The notes below the pieces were generated by a model. That model was not told the origin of the DNA and did no database searches. It saw nothing but the letters and a program-made list of their open reading frames with translations. From Candidatus Dojkabacteria bacterium (GTDB lineage Bacteria; Patescibacteriota; Dojkabacteria; JAOAGR01): a stretch of 64,000 nucleotides of DNA. Made by a program: the position numbers and the translations under genes. The stretch spans positions 666,561 through 730,560 of the forward strand of contig AP026679.1 of NCBI GenBank assembly GCA_025999155.1, given 5' to 3'. Below, piece by piece: positions 1 through 10,062 of this stretch. Positions within the stretch are counted from its first letter, which is position 1. Each line of letters starts with the position of its first letter.

Positions 1-608
1 TAAGGTATGAAATGGTTAAACTAGCGGATGAGGGTTTGATTTCGAAAGCTCATTCTTCATCTGGTCGTATTCCCACCCTATTAGGATATAAGGTTTTTAT
101 CAAAGAATTGATGCAACCAGAAGATGTGAGTTATCTAACAGAAATAAGATTAAAGAGAGAACTAGATAAATTGAGACTTGAGCTCGACCGTATTCGATTG
201 ATCAAAGGTATTGCAAATTTATTAGCTGATGTAACAAAATATACTGGTGTAGTGTTTACTGAAGAAAGTATTTATTATTCTGGTTTGTATAATCTACTTG
301 ATTATCCTGAATTTGCAGATAAAAATAGTTTTAAGAATATTTTGATTGCCATAGATGATATTAACACACTTGCTAACGTTTTTCGGCGGACATATACAGA
401 TGGTAGAGTAAAGGTGCTGATTGGAAATGAACTGGATGAAGAGATTCTTCATGAATGTTCAATTGTGTTTACCGAAGCAAATATATACAATGGTGAGAGA
501 GTTGTACTGGCTATCATAGGTCCAAGAAGGCTAAATTTCCCTAGAGTCATTCCTATAGTTAAACTAGTCAGAGATATTATAAAAAGACTAGTAGGCTGGG
601 AAGGTTAG
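1..608 (+). CDS. hrcA: Heat-inducible transcription repressor HrcA, truncated at the 5' end by the window edge
   Basis: Translation 'LADEGLISKAHSSSGRIPTLLGYKVF' matches the conserved HrcA 'TSAGRIPT..GYR.YV' segment that follows the winged-helix domain. The ORF runs into the window start, so the N-terminus is missing. Confidence 0.7.
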   Translation, partial: RYEMVKLADEGLISKAHSSSGRIPTLLGYKVFIKELMQPEDVSYLTEIRLKRELDKLRLELDRIRLIKGIANLLADVTKYTGVVFTEESIYYSGLYNLLDYPEFADKNSFKNILIAIDDINTLANVFRRTYTDGRVKVLIGNELDEEILHECSIVFTEANIYNGERVVLAIIGPRRLNFPRVIPIVKLVRDIIKRLVGWEG

Positions 609-1411
609 CGTCCGATCATTTCTTCGATTTGCGGTTTCATGGTCGTCTCGTAGTTTGCATTACCTACTATGCGTCCTAATTGCGTGTAAAATTTTTGTAT
701 TTGTTTTGTATTATCCGGATTTATTACTTCTTTTTCTTCAATCTTAAAGATTGTGAATGTGGGAGTGCTTGTTGCTTGTAGTTGGTTGGAATTAAAGTTG
801 CTAAGATTCTTAATACGGTCTAGATATTTTTGTGATCTAAAGCACTCCACAAACTTATTTGTATCCAGTCTTACCAAGGCTGCATATGTTGTTGCTCTTG
901 CTTCATCGAAATTTTCATCAAAATTTTTATACATGAGCTCCTTATATTCAAAAAAGCTTTTAGGATTTTGTTCGCCAGCACAGTAGGCAGCTATGTGTTT
1001 TTCTGGCCCCTTTAAAAACTGTAAATCTATGAAAATATAGTCCATTACCCCAGGCCTTACGAAATCTTCAAACATTTTTTCAAAAGAAGATTTTACTGGT
1101 GATTGGTATCCGTGGAATCTTGCGCAATTAGGACAATCAAAATCACTGCTCTCTACGATAACAAATTTGGCTTTTGAATTATAAGAGAGAGAAGGCTGAG
1201 ATGACAGCACATTTTCGATTTTTGAGTAGTCTGATATCTCTTTAATCGAGCCGTAGTATGGAAATTTCGGCAGCAAAGAATCAATCTTTCTTCCTAAGTC
1301 TTGAAAACCCCCACCTACAGCAAGCACCGCCGAACTGATGAAAACACCAATTAATAATATTGATATTGATAGCAAAAAGTTTTTATTGTGAATTATCGCT
1401 TTCTTTCTCAT
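605..1411 (-). CDS. DsbA/BdbD-family thiol:disulfide oxidoreductase, membrane-anchored thioredoxin fold
   Basis: 268 aa with an N-terminal hydrophobic anchor. Contains a thioredoxin-type CxxC motif, 'DFDCPNCARFHG', in a DsbA-like context. Confidence 0.6.
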   Translation of the reverse strand: MRKKAIIHNKNFLLSISILLIGVFISSAVLAVGGGFQDLGRKIDSLLPKFPYYGSIKEISDYSKIENVLSSQPSLSYNSKAKFVIVESSDFDCPNCARFHGYQSPVKSSFEKMFEDFVRPGVMDYIFIDLQFLKGPEKHIAAYCAGEQNPKSFFEYKELMYKNFDENFDEARATTYAALVRLDTNKFVECFRSQKYLDRIKNLSNFNSNQLQATSTPTFTIFKIEEKEVINPDNTKQIQKFYTQLGRIVGNANYETTMKPQIEEMIGR

Positions 1412-1619
1412 AAAATAAATCCTTAGTAGTATAAAACTCCTTTAAAGTTTGTTCATCGTATCGGTTTGGTATCACAGTCTCTGAAGCGGAGCTTAATATC
1501 GGGTCAATATCGACATCATTTTGTCTAGCATATAGCTCTATAAACAACCATGCCACAATGGTAATAACAATTACGCTAAGATACACAATAGTATTGATTT
1601 TAAATTTAAATATATTCAT
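1383..1619 (-). CDS. Small hypothetical membrane protein
   Basis: 78 aa with one strongly hydrophobic helix. Overlaps the start of the DsbA-like gene by a few codons and may be co-transcribed. No recognisable family. Confidence 0.3.
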   Translation of the reverse strand: MNIFKFKINTIVYLSVIVITIVAWLFIELYARQNDVDIDPILSSASETVIPNRYDEQTLKEFYTTKDLFYEKESDNSQ

Positions 1620-1826
1620 CTTCTTTCCAGTATTTAACTAAAATGAACGAAGTCTAACTTAAAATACTAACCCAGAGCCAAATTGTCACAATTAACCATA
1701 TGATGCCGAAGACAAAAACACCTAATATTGAGACTTTTGATTCCTTCATCTTAAGAGAATTCATTATACAAATTAATTTACTCTTTTTCATGTTATCAAA
1801 AGACAAGTATTATTCAAATAGACTGT

Positions 1827-3128
1827 TTATATAAATCTTACATTGACATCTAACAGTTTTAAACCGATCTGTCCGTCAATATATTCTACCAATTCGACTC
1901 TGTTGTTTTGTATCAGATCTATGAGATTTATTAGCACACATGGTTTGCCAACAGCATGTTTTTTCCCTGTAGGAGTGTAAGCTATTGAATAGTTACCAAA
2001 AATCAGTTTACTAACACGGGACTGGTTAGTAGACCTAATGAAATCAGGCATGTATATTACGGTTTTTGTGTCTTTTAATGCATCTGTGAACGTCTTACGT
2101 TTGATACCTTCTATTTTTAGATTACTAGTGTGTTGGATTTCTACTGTCGGAGATTTGTAATTAAGTTGCGAATATGTATACGCATCAAGTACAGGCGTAT
2201 CTAATTTACCGAACCTAATAAAGTATTGTTTTGCGGGTTTCAATCCGTAGGTCGTAAATTTATAAGAACCAGGTTTTAAGTTGATTAATGGATCATAACT
2301 GAGAGACAAAGTGCCCAACACTTTTGATTTTTGCTCAAAGTTCTCTTTTTTAAAAATACTGCGTCCCTGGAGTATGGTCTTACCGTTAATATTTTGAAGA
2401 ACCTGTTCCTCAAAAATATGATTAAATACATGTGGTGGGAGAATAAGGTGATATGCGTCGTCCTTTAGCTTATGTGCCTTCTCGGAGTTAATTAGATTGT
2501 ATATGTCTCCTAGGAAACTGAATATTTCCTGGAACTGATCTAGAGAATAGATATCAGAGGATTCGATAGTCCATGAGAATTTATTCTTAAACACTTTATG
2601 TAGACGAAAAAGGCTGTAATTGTAATACTCATCCAGATAGCGGGATGAATAAGCATATTTTGCTCCCTCCTGAATTTCTATGTCCGCGTAGCCATTCTTG
2701 CATCGTAGCATTTGGTCAAGTTCTGATAATAGGTCAGAGATTTTCAGTGCGTATTCTGGGATATCAATTATGTCTGCTAATGTTTTGGAATAAGCCCTGA
2801 CAATAGGGTATATGCCTCTTTCTGGAATAAAAATGGGATAGTGAAATGCGTGAGACGTCCGAAAAGCATTTTTGATGAATTCCTCAAAATTATTTAAGTC
2901 TGTATTACTAATTTCTCCATGAGCAAACCTGTTATTAGCAAAAATAATCGTGAAATATCCATTATTGTACTCTGAATAACTAGTAGGGTTCTGGTATTTA
3001 CCGACAGCATTATCTTCGACTCTTATATTTAGTGACCTAGACTCATTGAAGAATAGAAAATAGTCTATGATTTCACCTTTAGATTTGAGATTACTAAACT
3101 TTTGAGCTAATTTTTCTGCAATAATCAT
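1827..3128 (-). CDS. TldD/PmbA-family protein (putative peptidase-modulator fold), operon member 3
   Basis: 433 aa. The C-terminal 'GNYSIAYTPTGKKHAVGKPCVLINLIDLIQNN' resembles the conserved PmbA/TldD C-terminal 'GDYS....G......I.GNL.D...NI' block. The size is typical for TldD/TldE. Its start overlaps the upstream gene's stop by 4 bp (ATGA). Confidence 0.4.
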   Translation of the reverse strand: MIIAEKLAQKFSNLKSKGEIIDYFLFFNESRSLNIRVEDNAVGKYQNPTSYSEYNNGYFTIIFANNRFAHGEISNTDLNNFEEFIKNAFRTSHAFHYPIFIPERGIYPIVRAYSKTLADIIDIPEYALKISDLLSELDQMLRCKNGYADIEIQEGAKYAYSSRYLDEYYNYSLFRLHKVFKNKFSWTIESSDIYSLDQFQEIFSFLGDIYNLINSEKAHKLKDDAYHLILPPHVFNHIFEEQVLQNINGKTILQGRSIFKKENFEQKSKVLGTLSLSYDPLINLKPGSYKFTTYGLKPAKQYFIRFGKLDTPVLDAYTYSQLNYKSPTVEIQHTSNLKIEGIKRKTFTDALKDTKTVIYMPDFIRSTNQSRVSKLIFGNYSIAYTPTGKKHAVGKPCVLINLIDLIQNNRVELVEYIDGQIGLKLLDVNVRFI

Positions 3129-4462
3129 ATCAAAGTAATATTTTCTGTATTCGTGATAAGACCATAAGAGAATCCGTAAATTCCTACATAGGTCTGGTAT
3201 ACAGGGAGTTCTACAAGTTTATATTTATTACCTTTAATGAGCTTTAATTGAGATGCTTGGGGTATTTCAATATAATTAAAATCAATTAAAATCATATCTC
3301 TTCCATTTGGGCTATATATACCATGTAACGGGTTTAATACTATATTTTCGTGAGTACTCTCTTTTATATATTGTGCATCATAATGTTCTCCGTATAGAAG
3401 TAAGATATGTTGAGACTGAAAATGTTTCGATAGTGTCATAATTAAATTCTCTAAGTCTTTGTCTAGAAGGTCAATGTCTACACTATCTTTAAACATCAAG
3501 CATCTATGTACGAAAGATGGTTTCTGGTAAAATAACGTTTGCCTTAGTGTGATATTGCTGCTTGATGATGCAAAATTGTATCTACCAAATTTGTCATGAC
3601 GTTCGGGGTAGTACTCAGCGTCTAGGAGAGATTCCGTGTATTCAGATATACTGGGGATTATATTGTGTGACGCTTGTTGATATAGTTTTATCAGTATTGA
3701 TGCAGTAATGTGTTCGTCAAGTACAATAAGTGAAGGTGATACATGATTTTCTACACCATATCTATTCGTAAGACTAGCAATAGGTGTTGGGTTGCCAAAT
3801 TGGTTGATTTCCTTAATTATGGCCTCAACATTTACATTTTTGTTTTTGATTTCATTCTGTTGTAGTGGAATGACTTTTTCGAGCAGATTCCCCGTATGTC
3901 TATCCTCCAATTTACAAATAAGATATGATGTACATTCAGAAAATTGTTGGTTTGTATTTTCGTAAGATATTTGCCAGATACTAGATAAGGCATTGACATT
4001 TATGTAAACGAAATATTTTTGCTTGATATAATCATTTAGGGATTCATATATTTGAGTAGTAATATCGCGAATGTAACCAGTATCTAATTCACATATGTCC
4101 ACTTCGGTTATTGAACATTTAGAATCCAACTCAGTTTCAATCTTTATTGGTGTTGTATGCACTTTATGTCCTTTATACGACTTTATAATATTATCTAGCT
4201 CCTGGTACAAACGGGTAGCAACATCTTGTAAATGCATTCTATCGGATGATGCGAAGAGTGTAAAACCATGCTTCGAGAACTTATGTAAATTGATACCCTC
4301 AAACAATTTTATAAATTCTCTCTCAATAATCCCATTAAATGTCAAAAGAGAATAAATGTTACCCTTTTGCAACCTTACAAAAATTTGGCTGTGTTCTTTA
4401 CTGGATCTTTTAAATAATAGCCGTATATGATCTGCATAATTTTCAAAAAAGTCATTTTGCAT
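3125..4462 (-). CDS. TldD/PmbA-like protein (divergent), operon member 2
   Basis: 445 aa. The C-terminal 'HGIYSPNGRDMILIDFNYIE' resembles the TldD/PmbA 'TG(D/x)FS..G.gf.IENG' region. It is paired head-to-tail with a second TldD/PmbA-like gene, as in TldD/TldE heterodimer operons. No HExxxH motif was seen. Confidence 0.3.
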   Translation of the reverse strand: MQNDFFENYADHIRLLFKRSSKEHSQIFVRLQKGNIYSLLTFNGIIEREFIKLFEGINLHKFSKHGFTLFASSDRMHLQDVATRLYQELDNIIKSYKGHKVHTTPIKIETELDSKCSITEVDICELDTGYIRDITTQIYESLNDYIKQKYFVYINVNALSSIWQISYENTNQQFSECTSYLICKLEDRHTGNLLEKVIPLQQNEIKNKNVNVEAIIKEINQFGNPTPIASLTNRYGVENHVSPSLIVLDEHITASILIKLYQQASHNIIPSISEYTESLLDAEYYPERHDKFGRYNFASSSSNITLRQTLFYQKPSFVHRCLMFKDSVDIDLLDKDLENLIMTLSKHFQSQHILLLYGEHYDAQYIKESTHENIVLNPLHGIYSPNGRDMILIDFNYIEIPQASQLKLIKGNKYKLVELPVYQTYVGIYGFSYGLITNTENITLI

Positions 4463-4583
4463 TTGGCGCTGCCTCTAAAGGTAGTCCTACTGAATTTAAT
4501 AATATGCCTATGATACTACGCTTTATCTATCCTTGTAAACACATTACCTAGAATTGTTCTTTTAACAGATTATTTTGATGTTG

Positions 4584-7469
4584 TTATCTGTTGAGTTGGG
4601 ACGTTTCTAAATCTCTGATGTATTGTTTGACTTGGTTTGCAACTGCAAGCTCACATACTATTCCCCAGAATCCACAGCTTGAAACATGTTGTACGACTTT
4701 TTTTAGATTATTGAAACAACTAATATCCAACAGACTTTTGTGTTTGCTTCTTAATGTTTCGCTAATGTACTCGACTAAGTTTCTCATGCCTTTTAGGTAC
4801 TTGGTAGACGCAGTTTGTTTTTCTATACCAAGCATATTCATCTTTATCCGAAATAAATCTATATATACCCCATCTATTATATCTGGATGTAATTCATATA
4901 ATCGGAAAACATTAATCGTTCTTGAGACATTTGCATATATTCTAAAGGATGTCGATCGTGTTAATCCAGCTGCTGCTATTCTCTTTTTGATTGCTATTAT
5001 GGAAGATTTATTTCGATAATCTGGAGTAATCAGTGAAAGATTTTTGTATCCTTGATTGCGTAAACGATATATTTGTTGCAGTAAATAATCTAATGCACTA
5101 GTTTCATATGGAGGCAAGATCAACAAAACTTCTTTTTCTCTGACTCTTTCTAGAATCGTCTCCAACATTGTAATGATAACTTCTGGCTCCTTCGTCGACG
5201 AAAACACGATGCCATCATAGTTTTGTTTTTCTGTGGGTATTAATTCATCTATGAGATGTATATACACTTTCGTTGCTGTAGGAATGAACTCTTCTGGTTG
5301 AGAGGATTTTTTATGTCGATGGTGCATTTTCTGGGATATATAATCTTGTTCGCGGTCAAACTCTAATTCTTTTGACGTTTGTTGAATTCCACTAGCCTCT
5401 TCTATGGTGCTTTCGAGTACTTCTAAGGCTACGTTTTCAGGTAATTCCTTCGAAGAATTAATAATTTGCTCCAGCGACCTCCCCCACATTTTCATTTGAT
5501 CCTTTGTTGAGACTCCTTCTACTATTGAGAGTTGTGGATTTTCCTGGTTTACATCATATAAATCAAAGTCTTCTTCTATTAAATTTAGGATCTGAGATAA
5601 ATCTTTTTTCCGGGGGGAAGATGACTTTACGTGGTGAGAGTATTGTAAGGGAAATTTTCTTTCAATTCGAACTTTTGAATCTTCATATAGAACAGCATGG
5701 GAAGATTCTTTATTGGTATCTAAATGTTGTTGCCCGTGTCGCTTACTGTCGAACGACCAATTTGCTTTATCTTTCTGACTCAAACTAACGTCATTTTCAA
5801 AATGATGTGGGTTTGTAGTAGTTACGTCACCAATCTCTTGGGACTCTGGTTTTTGCTGAATCTGAGCTGAGGTCAAATTTTTATTTGTCCGATATAGGTC
5901 AGCATGATGGTCATCGGGTATATCCGTCGCAAACTTCATTTGCGAGGATTCCTCCTCTGGCTCAATCTTTGGCTCAATGTTCTTTTCAGCTGACTGATAA
6001 TTAGTCTTGAGATAATCACTTCGAATGAATTCAAATATCTGTCCTGTTATTGGATCTATAGCTATTTTTTCTCCTTCCTTAATAATTTTATGAACTAGAG
6101 GAACTCCTGTAATCACAGGAGCCTTAAAATATTCATATAGTCTTTGAGCTAATATGTCAGAATCTTCTTCTATGATTAATCCAGCTACTTTTAGATTAGA
6201 TAAGATATTCTCATCTCCGTGTAAGATCAATATATTATGGGGGCCAGCATTCTCATGAGAAAATGTAGCAATTCCCTCTGCCTCCTGCATTCCTGCATAA
6301 TGTTTGCCTTCAAGTAGGACGGCTTTCCTTTCATGAGTGACATTTGTATTTTTTTGATAGTTATTTAAATGTTCTTGTTTTTCTTTTGTTGTGTCGTTCA
6401 TATCTTTATCATTGAATACAAAATTCACTAATACATCTTTACGTTCTTCTTTAGTAACTGGCATCTTGAAGTTGTTTGGGTTCTCTGGGGCATTATTTGT
6501 TAAAACGACTCGCTTTTGGATAGAATCTGATGTTTCAATTGAATGTTTTTTATTTATACTTTGTACAAAATGTATCCATATTTTTCCCGCTTCGTAGGAC
6601 CATATTACGTGCTGTGGGTTTCCTAATTCTTCCTCAATGATTTTTCCTGTTTTGGCTAATATTATGATATGTTTATCATCCAATTTTTGCTTTTTTTTCC
6701 AGGAAGGAGATATTACGACTTTCTGAATAGGTTCAGAAACACTCTGGTGTCGCAAAAACATATGTTCCTGGTATGAAACATATTTTTCTTCTATTTTGTC
6801 TACTGTTTTATCGTAAATATAAAGGTCTGGTTGTATACCAAGCTTTTCTGCTTCTTCGTAAAGTCCAAAATATGCTTCTATGTGCAATTTTGTATTATCA
6901 TGTGTAACCATGTCGCTTGTGTAGACATGACCGGATATTTCACACTGAATTGATTTCTGGACTATTACAACGATTTTATAAACATTGTCAAAGAAGAAAT
7001 TCAATTTTGTTTGTTGGTCTTCTAGAATTTGTACATAAATATCATGAATAGATTTAACTAAGTCTTCGATTCCTTTGACACCATAAACTTCATAAGGCTT
7101 ATGTTCCAACTCTTCAGATTGATTATTTAGTATCAATGCTCTTATATTGACTGTAGCATCTGAAAATCCAGATATTTTAGAATATAATGCGGAAATATTA
7201 TTGTGTATCGTTTTAGGAAATGATGTGTTTTTAATTACTTGGATGATATGAGATGAATCTTCTTCTAAACGTGCCTTTTGATAATATAGCCTTATTTCGG
7301 TCAGATCAAAGTAGTTTTGTAATACAAGATAGCTTAAAACAAAACCAGCAGGAATCGGTAATTTTTCCCTTGCGAGATGCCCTAATAGTGCTACTGAGTC
7401 GCCGACATATTGTGAGTCTTCGATTATGATATTTTGTAACAGATCTGCAATGTTAGTATTCGATATCAT
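4584..7469 (-). CDS. PEP synthase/pyruvate phosphate dikinase-like protein with a degenerate (histidine-less) swivel domain and a long low-complexity insert
   Basis: N-terminal match to the PPDK_N nucleotide-binding domain: 'LPIPAGFVLSYLVLQNYF' (compare 'G.PVPPGF.IT..AY..F') and 'GNPQHVIWSYEAGKIWIHFVQS' (compare 'G.PQDIEW....GKLY.LQSRP'). The central PEP-utilizer mobile-domain-like block 'GLIIEEDSDILAQRLYEYFKAPVITGV....GEKIAIDPITGQIF' has the phospho-His position substituted. A ~290-aa charged/low-complexity region follows. The C-terminal block 'DGVYIDLFRIKMNMLGIEKQ ... CGFWGIVCE' resembles the PEP-utilizers_C TIM-barrel ('DGFSIGSNDLTQLTLGLDRD ... GICGQ'). Confidence 0.5.
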   Translation of the reverse strand: MISNTNIADLLQNIIIEDSQYVGDSVALLGHLAREKLPIPAGFVLSYLVLQNYFDLTEIRLYYQKARLEEDSSHIIQVIKNTSFPKTIHNNISALYSKISGFSDATVNIRALILNNQSEELEHKPYEVYGVKGIEDLVKSIHDIYVQILEDQQTKLNFFFDNVYKIVVIVQKSIQCEISGHVYTSDMVTHDNTKLHIEAYFGLYEEAEKLGIQPDLYIYDKTVDKIEEKYVSYQEHMFLRHQSVSEPIQKVVISPSWKKKQKLDDKHIIILAKTGKIIEEELGNPQHVIWSYEAGKIWIHFVQSINKKHSIETSDSIQKRVVLTNNAPENPNNFKMPVTKEERKDVLVNFVFNDKDMNDTTKEKQEHLNNYQKNTNVTHERKAVLLEGKHYAGMQEAEGIATFSHENAGPHNILILHGDENILSNLKVAGLIIEEDSDILAQRLYEYFKAPVITGVPLVHKIIKEGEKIAIDPITGQIFEFIRSDYLKTNYQSAEKNIEPKIEPEEESSQMKFATDIPDDHHADLYRTNKNLTSAQIQQKPESQEIGDVTTTNPHHFENDVSLSQKDKANWSFDSKRHGQQHLDTNKESSHAVLYEDSKVRIERKFPLQYSHHVKSSSPRKKDLSQILNLIEEDFDLYDVNQENPQLSIVEGVSTKDQMKMWGRSLEQIINSSKELPENVALEVLESTIEEASGIQQTSKELEFDREQDYISQKMHHRHKKSSQPEEFIPTATKVYIHLIDELIPTEKQNYDGIVFSSTKEPEVIITMLETILERVREKEVLLILPPYETSALDYLLQQIYRLRNQGYKNLSLITPDYRNKSSIIAIKKRIAAAGLTRSTSFRIYANVSRTINVFRLYELHPDIIDGVYIDLFRIKMNMLGIEKQTASTKYLKGMRNLVEYISETLRSKHKSLLDISCFNNLKKVVQHVSSCGFWGIVCELAVANQVKQYIRDLETSQLNR

Positions 7470-7590
7470 ATCTCTTTACATTACATTCTATATTTTTTAA
7501 TTAATTTTGAAAGTCATGCCATTAATGAGTGTGAAGAGAAAAGATACACGGTTGTTTGGCAGTCGAAGATAAAATTTGCTAAAATAAACT

Positions 7591-10014
7591 ATGGACCAGT
7601 ATTTTACAAACAGTGCAAAAAATACTCTACAAAAAGCTGCAGAATATGCATTTACTACGGGAACTACTTATATTGATACGGAGCATCTGCTAAGAGCTCT
7701 AATCGATGATGATGTAGCAAGTAGAGTATTGGATAAACTTTCTGTTGATATACAGAGTCTAAAAAACGATATGGAAGGTTATTTGCCTTATCGTCGTAGT
7801 ATCTCGGGTCTTAGCAGTGCTGATCTGACACCAAGAGCCAAGCAATCTCTTAACCTTGCTTTTACTGAGGCACAAAATTTAGGACATTCTTACGTAGGAA
7901 GTGAACATTTACTATTAGGTTTGATTCGTGAGGGGGAAGGTTTAGGTTATCAACTTTTGACACGGTATGGTGTAGATTACGATAAGGCAAAAAAGGCCGT
8001 TATTGATGTTGTTGGTGAGGGTTCAAGGGATGCGACTAAATCTTCTACACCAACATTAGATAAATACTCCAGAGATTTGACTAAATTAGCAAAAGAAGGA
8101 AAGATCGATCCAGTAATTGGTAGATCCAACGAAATAACAAGAGTAATACAGATACTATCACGTAGGCGTAAAAATAATCCCGTTTTGATTGGTGATCCTG
8201 GTGTTGGTAAAACAGCAATTGTGGAAGGACTTGCTTTACGTATTGTTTCTGGGAATGTTCCAGATGTGCTGTTAAATAAGCGTGTTTTAGCACTTGATAT
8301 GGGAAGTTTAATTGCCGGTACAAAATATCAAGGTGAGTTTGAAGAGAGAGTAACAAATATTATTAAAGAAGTTGCTAAAGCCGCAGGGAGTGTAATTTTA
8401 TTTATTGATGAGCTTCATACTATTGTTGGAAGTGGGGCAGCCGAAGGTAAAACTGATTTATCCAATCTTATTAAACCAGCTTTGGCACGTGGAGAACTTC
8501 AGACTATTGGAGCAACAACTCTGACAGAATACAAAAAGTATATCGAAAAAGATCCTGCTCTAGAAAGACGTTTTCAACCTGTTTTAGTTAACGAGCCTAC
8601 TATAGAACAGTCGATTGAAATTCTTAAAGGACTACGTGATAAATATGAAGCCCACCATAAAATAAAAATCAGCGATGATGCAATAATCGCGGCAGTCGAA
8701 TTATCAGAAAAATATATTAATGATCGTTTTTTACCTGATAAAGCCATTGATGTATTAGATGAGGCCGCTTCTATGTTGAGATTACGTACATCTAGTGAGC
8801 CGGATAATATTCGCGAATTAAAATTGAAAATTTCTAATTTAGAAAAGGAAAGGGAAGCTTTGACAAGAGCCCAAAAACATGAGCAGGCGGCAATGGTTAA
8901 ACAAGAGATCGAATTATTAAAAGAGGAATTAATGCCATTAGAGGTAGAGTGGCGTAAAGCAGTAGGAACTGGCACTCCTACATTAGGTGTAGCTGAGATT
9001 GCTGAGGTGATTTCAAACATGACAGGTATTCCTGCAAATAAGATTAATGTAAAAGAGAGGGAGATGTTATTAAATCTTGAAAATATTATTCACCAGCGTG
9101 TCATTGGTCAGGAGAAGGCTGTATCTGCAATATCTGAAGCTATTCGAAGGTCGAGACTGGGACTGGCAGATGAAAGTAGACCTATTGCATCATTTATTTT
9201 TCTTGGGCCTACGGGGGTTGGAAAGACAGAGCTAGCTAAAACCATTGCAGAAGTAATTTTTGGTTCAGAGCAAAACATGATCAGGCTCGATATGAGTGAA
9301 TATATGGAAAAGCACTCCATTGCAAGGCTAATCGGAGCACCGCCAGGTTATGTTGGATATGAAGAAGGAGGACAATTAACTGAGAAAGTCAGACGTAAGC
9401 CATATTCGTTAGTTTTATTAGATGAGATAGAAAAAGCCCATCCTGATGTAACCAATGTCCTATTACAAATTCTTGAAGATGGTAGACTGACTGATGGTCA
9501 AGGGCGTGTTGTCAACTTTAAAAATACTATTATCATCGCAACTTCTAATATAGGCTCAAATTTGATTTCTCAATTTTATGATAGGAAAAAGGAACAGCCC
9601 CAAAGTAAATTAATTAAGTTTCAGGAAGAGAAAATAGATACTGAAGATTTAAAGAAATTAGTAATGAATGAGCTGAAAAAATTCTTTAGAGTTGAGCTTT
9701 TGAATAGATTTGATGAAATTATTATTTTTGAACCATTAAGGCATGATCAGTTAAGAGATATTGCAAGACTACATTTACAAAAACTTATAGCTAAACTCAG
9801 TAAGACTGGTATTCAGCTACAATATACGGATGAATTACTAGATTTGATTGTGGAGAAAGCCTACAACCCACAGATGGGAGCAAGAGAGATTCGTAGATTT
9901 ATTCAAAAAGAAGTAGAGAATAAGATTTCTTCTACTATACTGCGTGCCGCTAATACGAAGCAACTTAATTTGGTCATTAAAGATGGACAAATCGAAATAA
10001 TTAGCCAGGAGTGA
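7591..10014 (+). CDS. clpC: ATP-dependent Clp protease ATP-binding subunit ClpC (class III AAA+ chaperone)
   Basis: 807 aa with N-terminal Clp_N repeats. Two AAA+ modules carry Walker A motifs 'GDPGVGKTA' and 'GPTGVGKTE'. The short middle linker domain and overall length are typical of ClpC rather than ClpB. Confidence 0.85.
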   Translation: MDQYFTNSAKNTLQKAAEYAFTTGTTYIDTEHLLRALIDDDVASRVLDKLSVDIQSLKNDMEGYLPYRRSISGLSSADLTPRAKQSLNLAFTEAQNLGHSYVGSEHLLLGLIREGEGLGYQLLTRYGVDYDKAKKAVIDVVGEGSRDATKSSTPTLDKYSRDLTKLAKEGKIDPVIGRSNEITRVIQILSRRRKNNPVLIGDPGVGKTAIVEGLALRIVSGNVPDVLLNKRVLALDMGSLIAGTKYQGEFEERVTNIIKEVAKAAGSVILFIDELHTIVGSGAAEGKTDLSNLIKPALARGELQTIGATTLTEYKKYIEKDPALERRFQPVLVNEPTIEQSIEILKGLRDKYEAHHKIKISDDAIIAAVELSEKYINDRFLPDKAIDVLDEAASMLRLRTSSEPDNIRELKLKISNLEKEREALTRAQKHEQAAMVKQEIELLKEELMPLEVEWRKAVGTGTPTLGVAEIAEVISNMTGIPANKINVKEREMLLNLENIIHQRVIGQEKAVSAISEAIRRSRLGLADESRPIASFIFLGPTGVGKTELAKTIAEVIFGSEQNMIRLDMSEYMEKHSIARLIGAPPGYVGYEEGGQLTEKVRRKPYSLVLLDEIEKAHPDVTNVLLQILEDGRLTDGQGRVVNFKNTIIIATSNIGSNLISQFYDRKKEQPQSKLIKFQEEKIDTEDLKKLVMNELKKFFRVELLNRFDEIIIFEPLRHDQLRDIARLHLQKLIAKLSKTGIQLQYTDELLDLIVEKAYNPQMGAREIRRFIQKEVENKISSTILRAANTKQLNLVIKDGQIEIISQE

Positions 10015-10062
10015 TAATGATTCACGATTGACGTTAGAACTGATAAGTCAGATAATTACTAA

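Noticed and set aside
753-986. Many short antisense or embedded ORFs from the six-frame track (e.g. 753..986, 4095..4355, 4591..5019, 5504..5788, 6391..6597, 8081..8356, 8574..9020, 9108..9320, 10382..10585, 10772..11032, 17408..17623, 17799..18179, 19202..19471, 21257..21463, 22593..22865, 24146..24908, 27369..27572, 28143..28427, 29162..29815, 30941..31291, 32235..33200, 34241..34654, 35560..35976, 36335..36734, 44218..44475, 45459..45740, 45920..46234, 49440..49622, 51182..51484, 53228..53593, 55715..55939, 56835..57291, 58135..58347, 59521..59928, 60964..61149, 61393..61611, 63186..63377, 63514..63747)
   Set aside because: Each lies inside, and antisense or out of frame to, a longer ORF with clear family signatures or coherent membrane-protein composition. 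None has a recognisable motif. They are treated as frame-shadow artefacts of the AT-rich sequence.
7470-7590. CtsR/HrcA operator (CIRCE, or tandem GGTCAAA heptads) upstream of clpC
   Set aside because: I scanned the 120-bp upstream region. Neither TTAGCACTC-N9-GAGTGCTAA nor the GGTCAAA direct-repeat consensus is present, so no operator is claimed.
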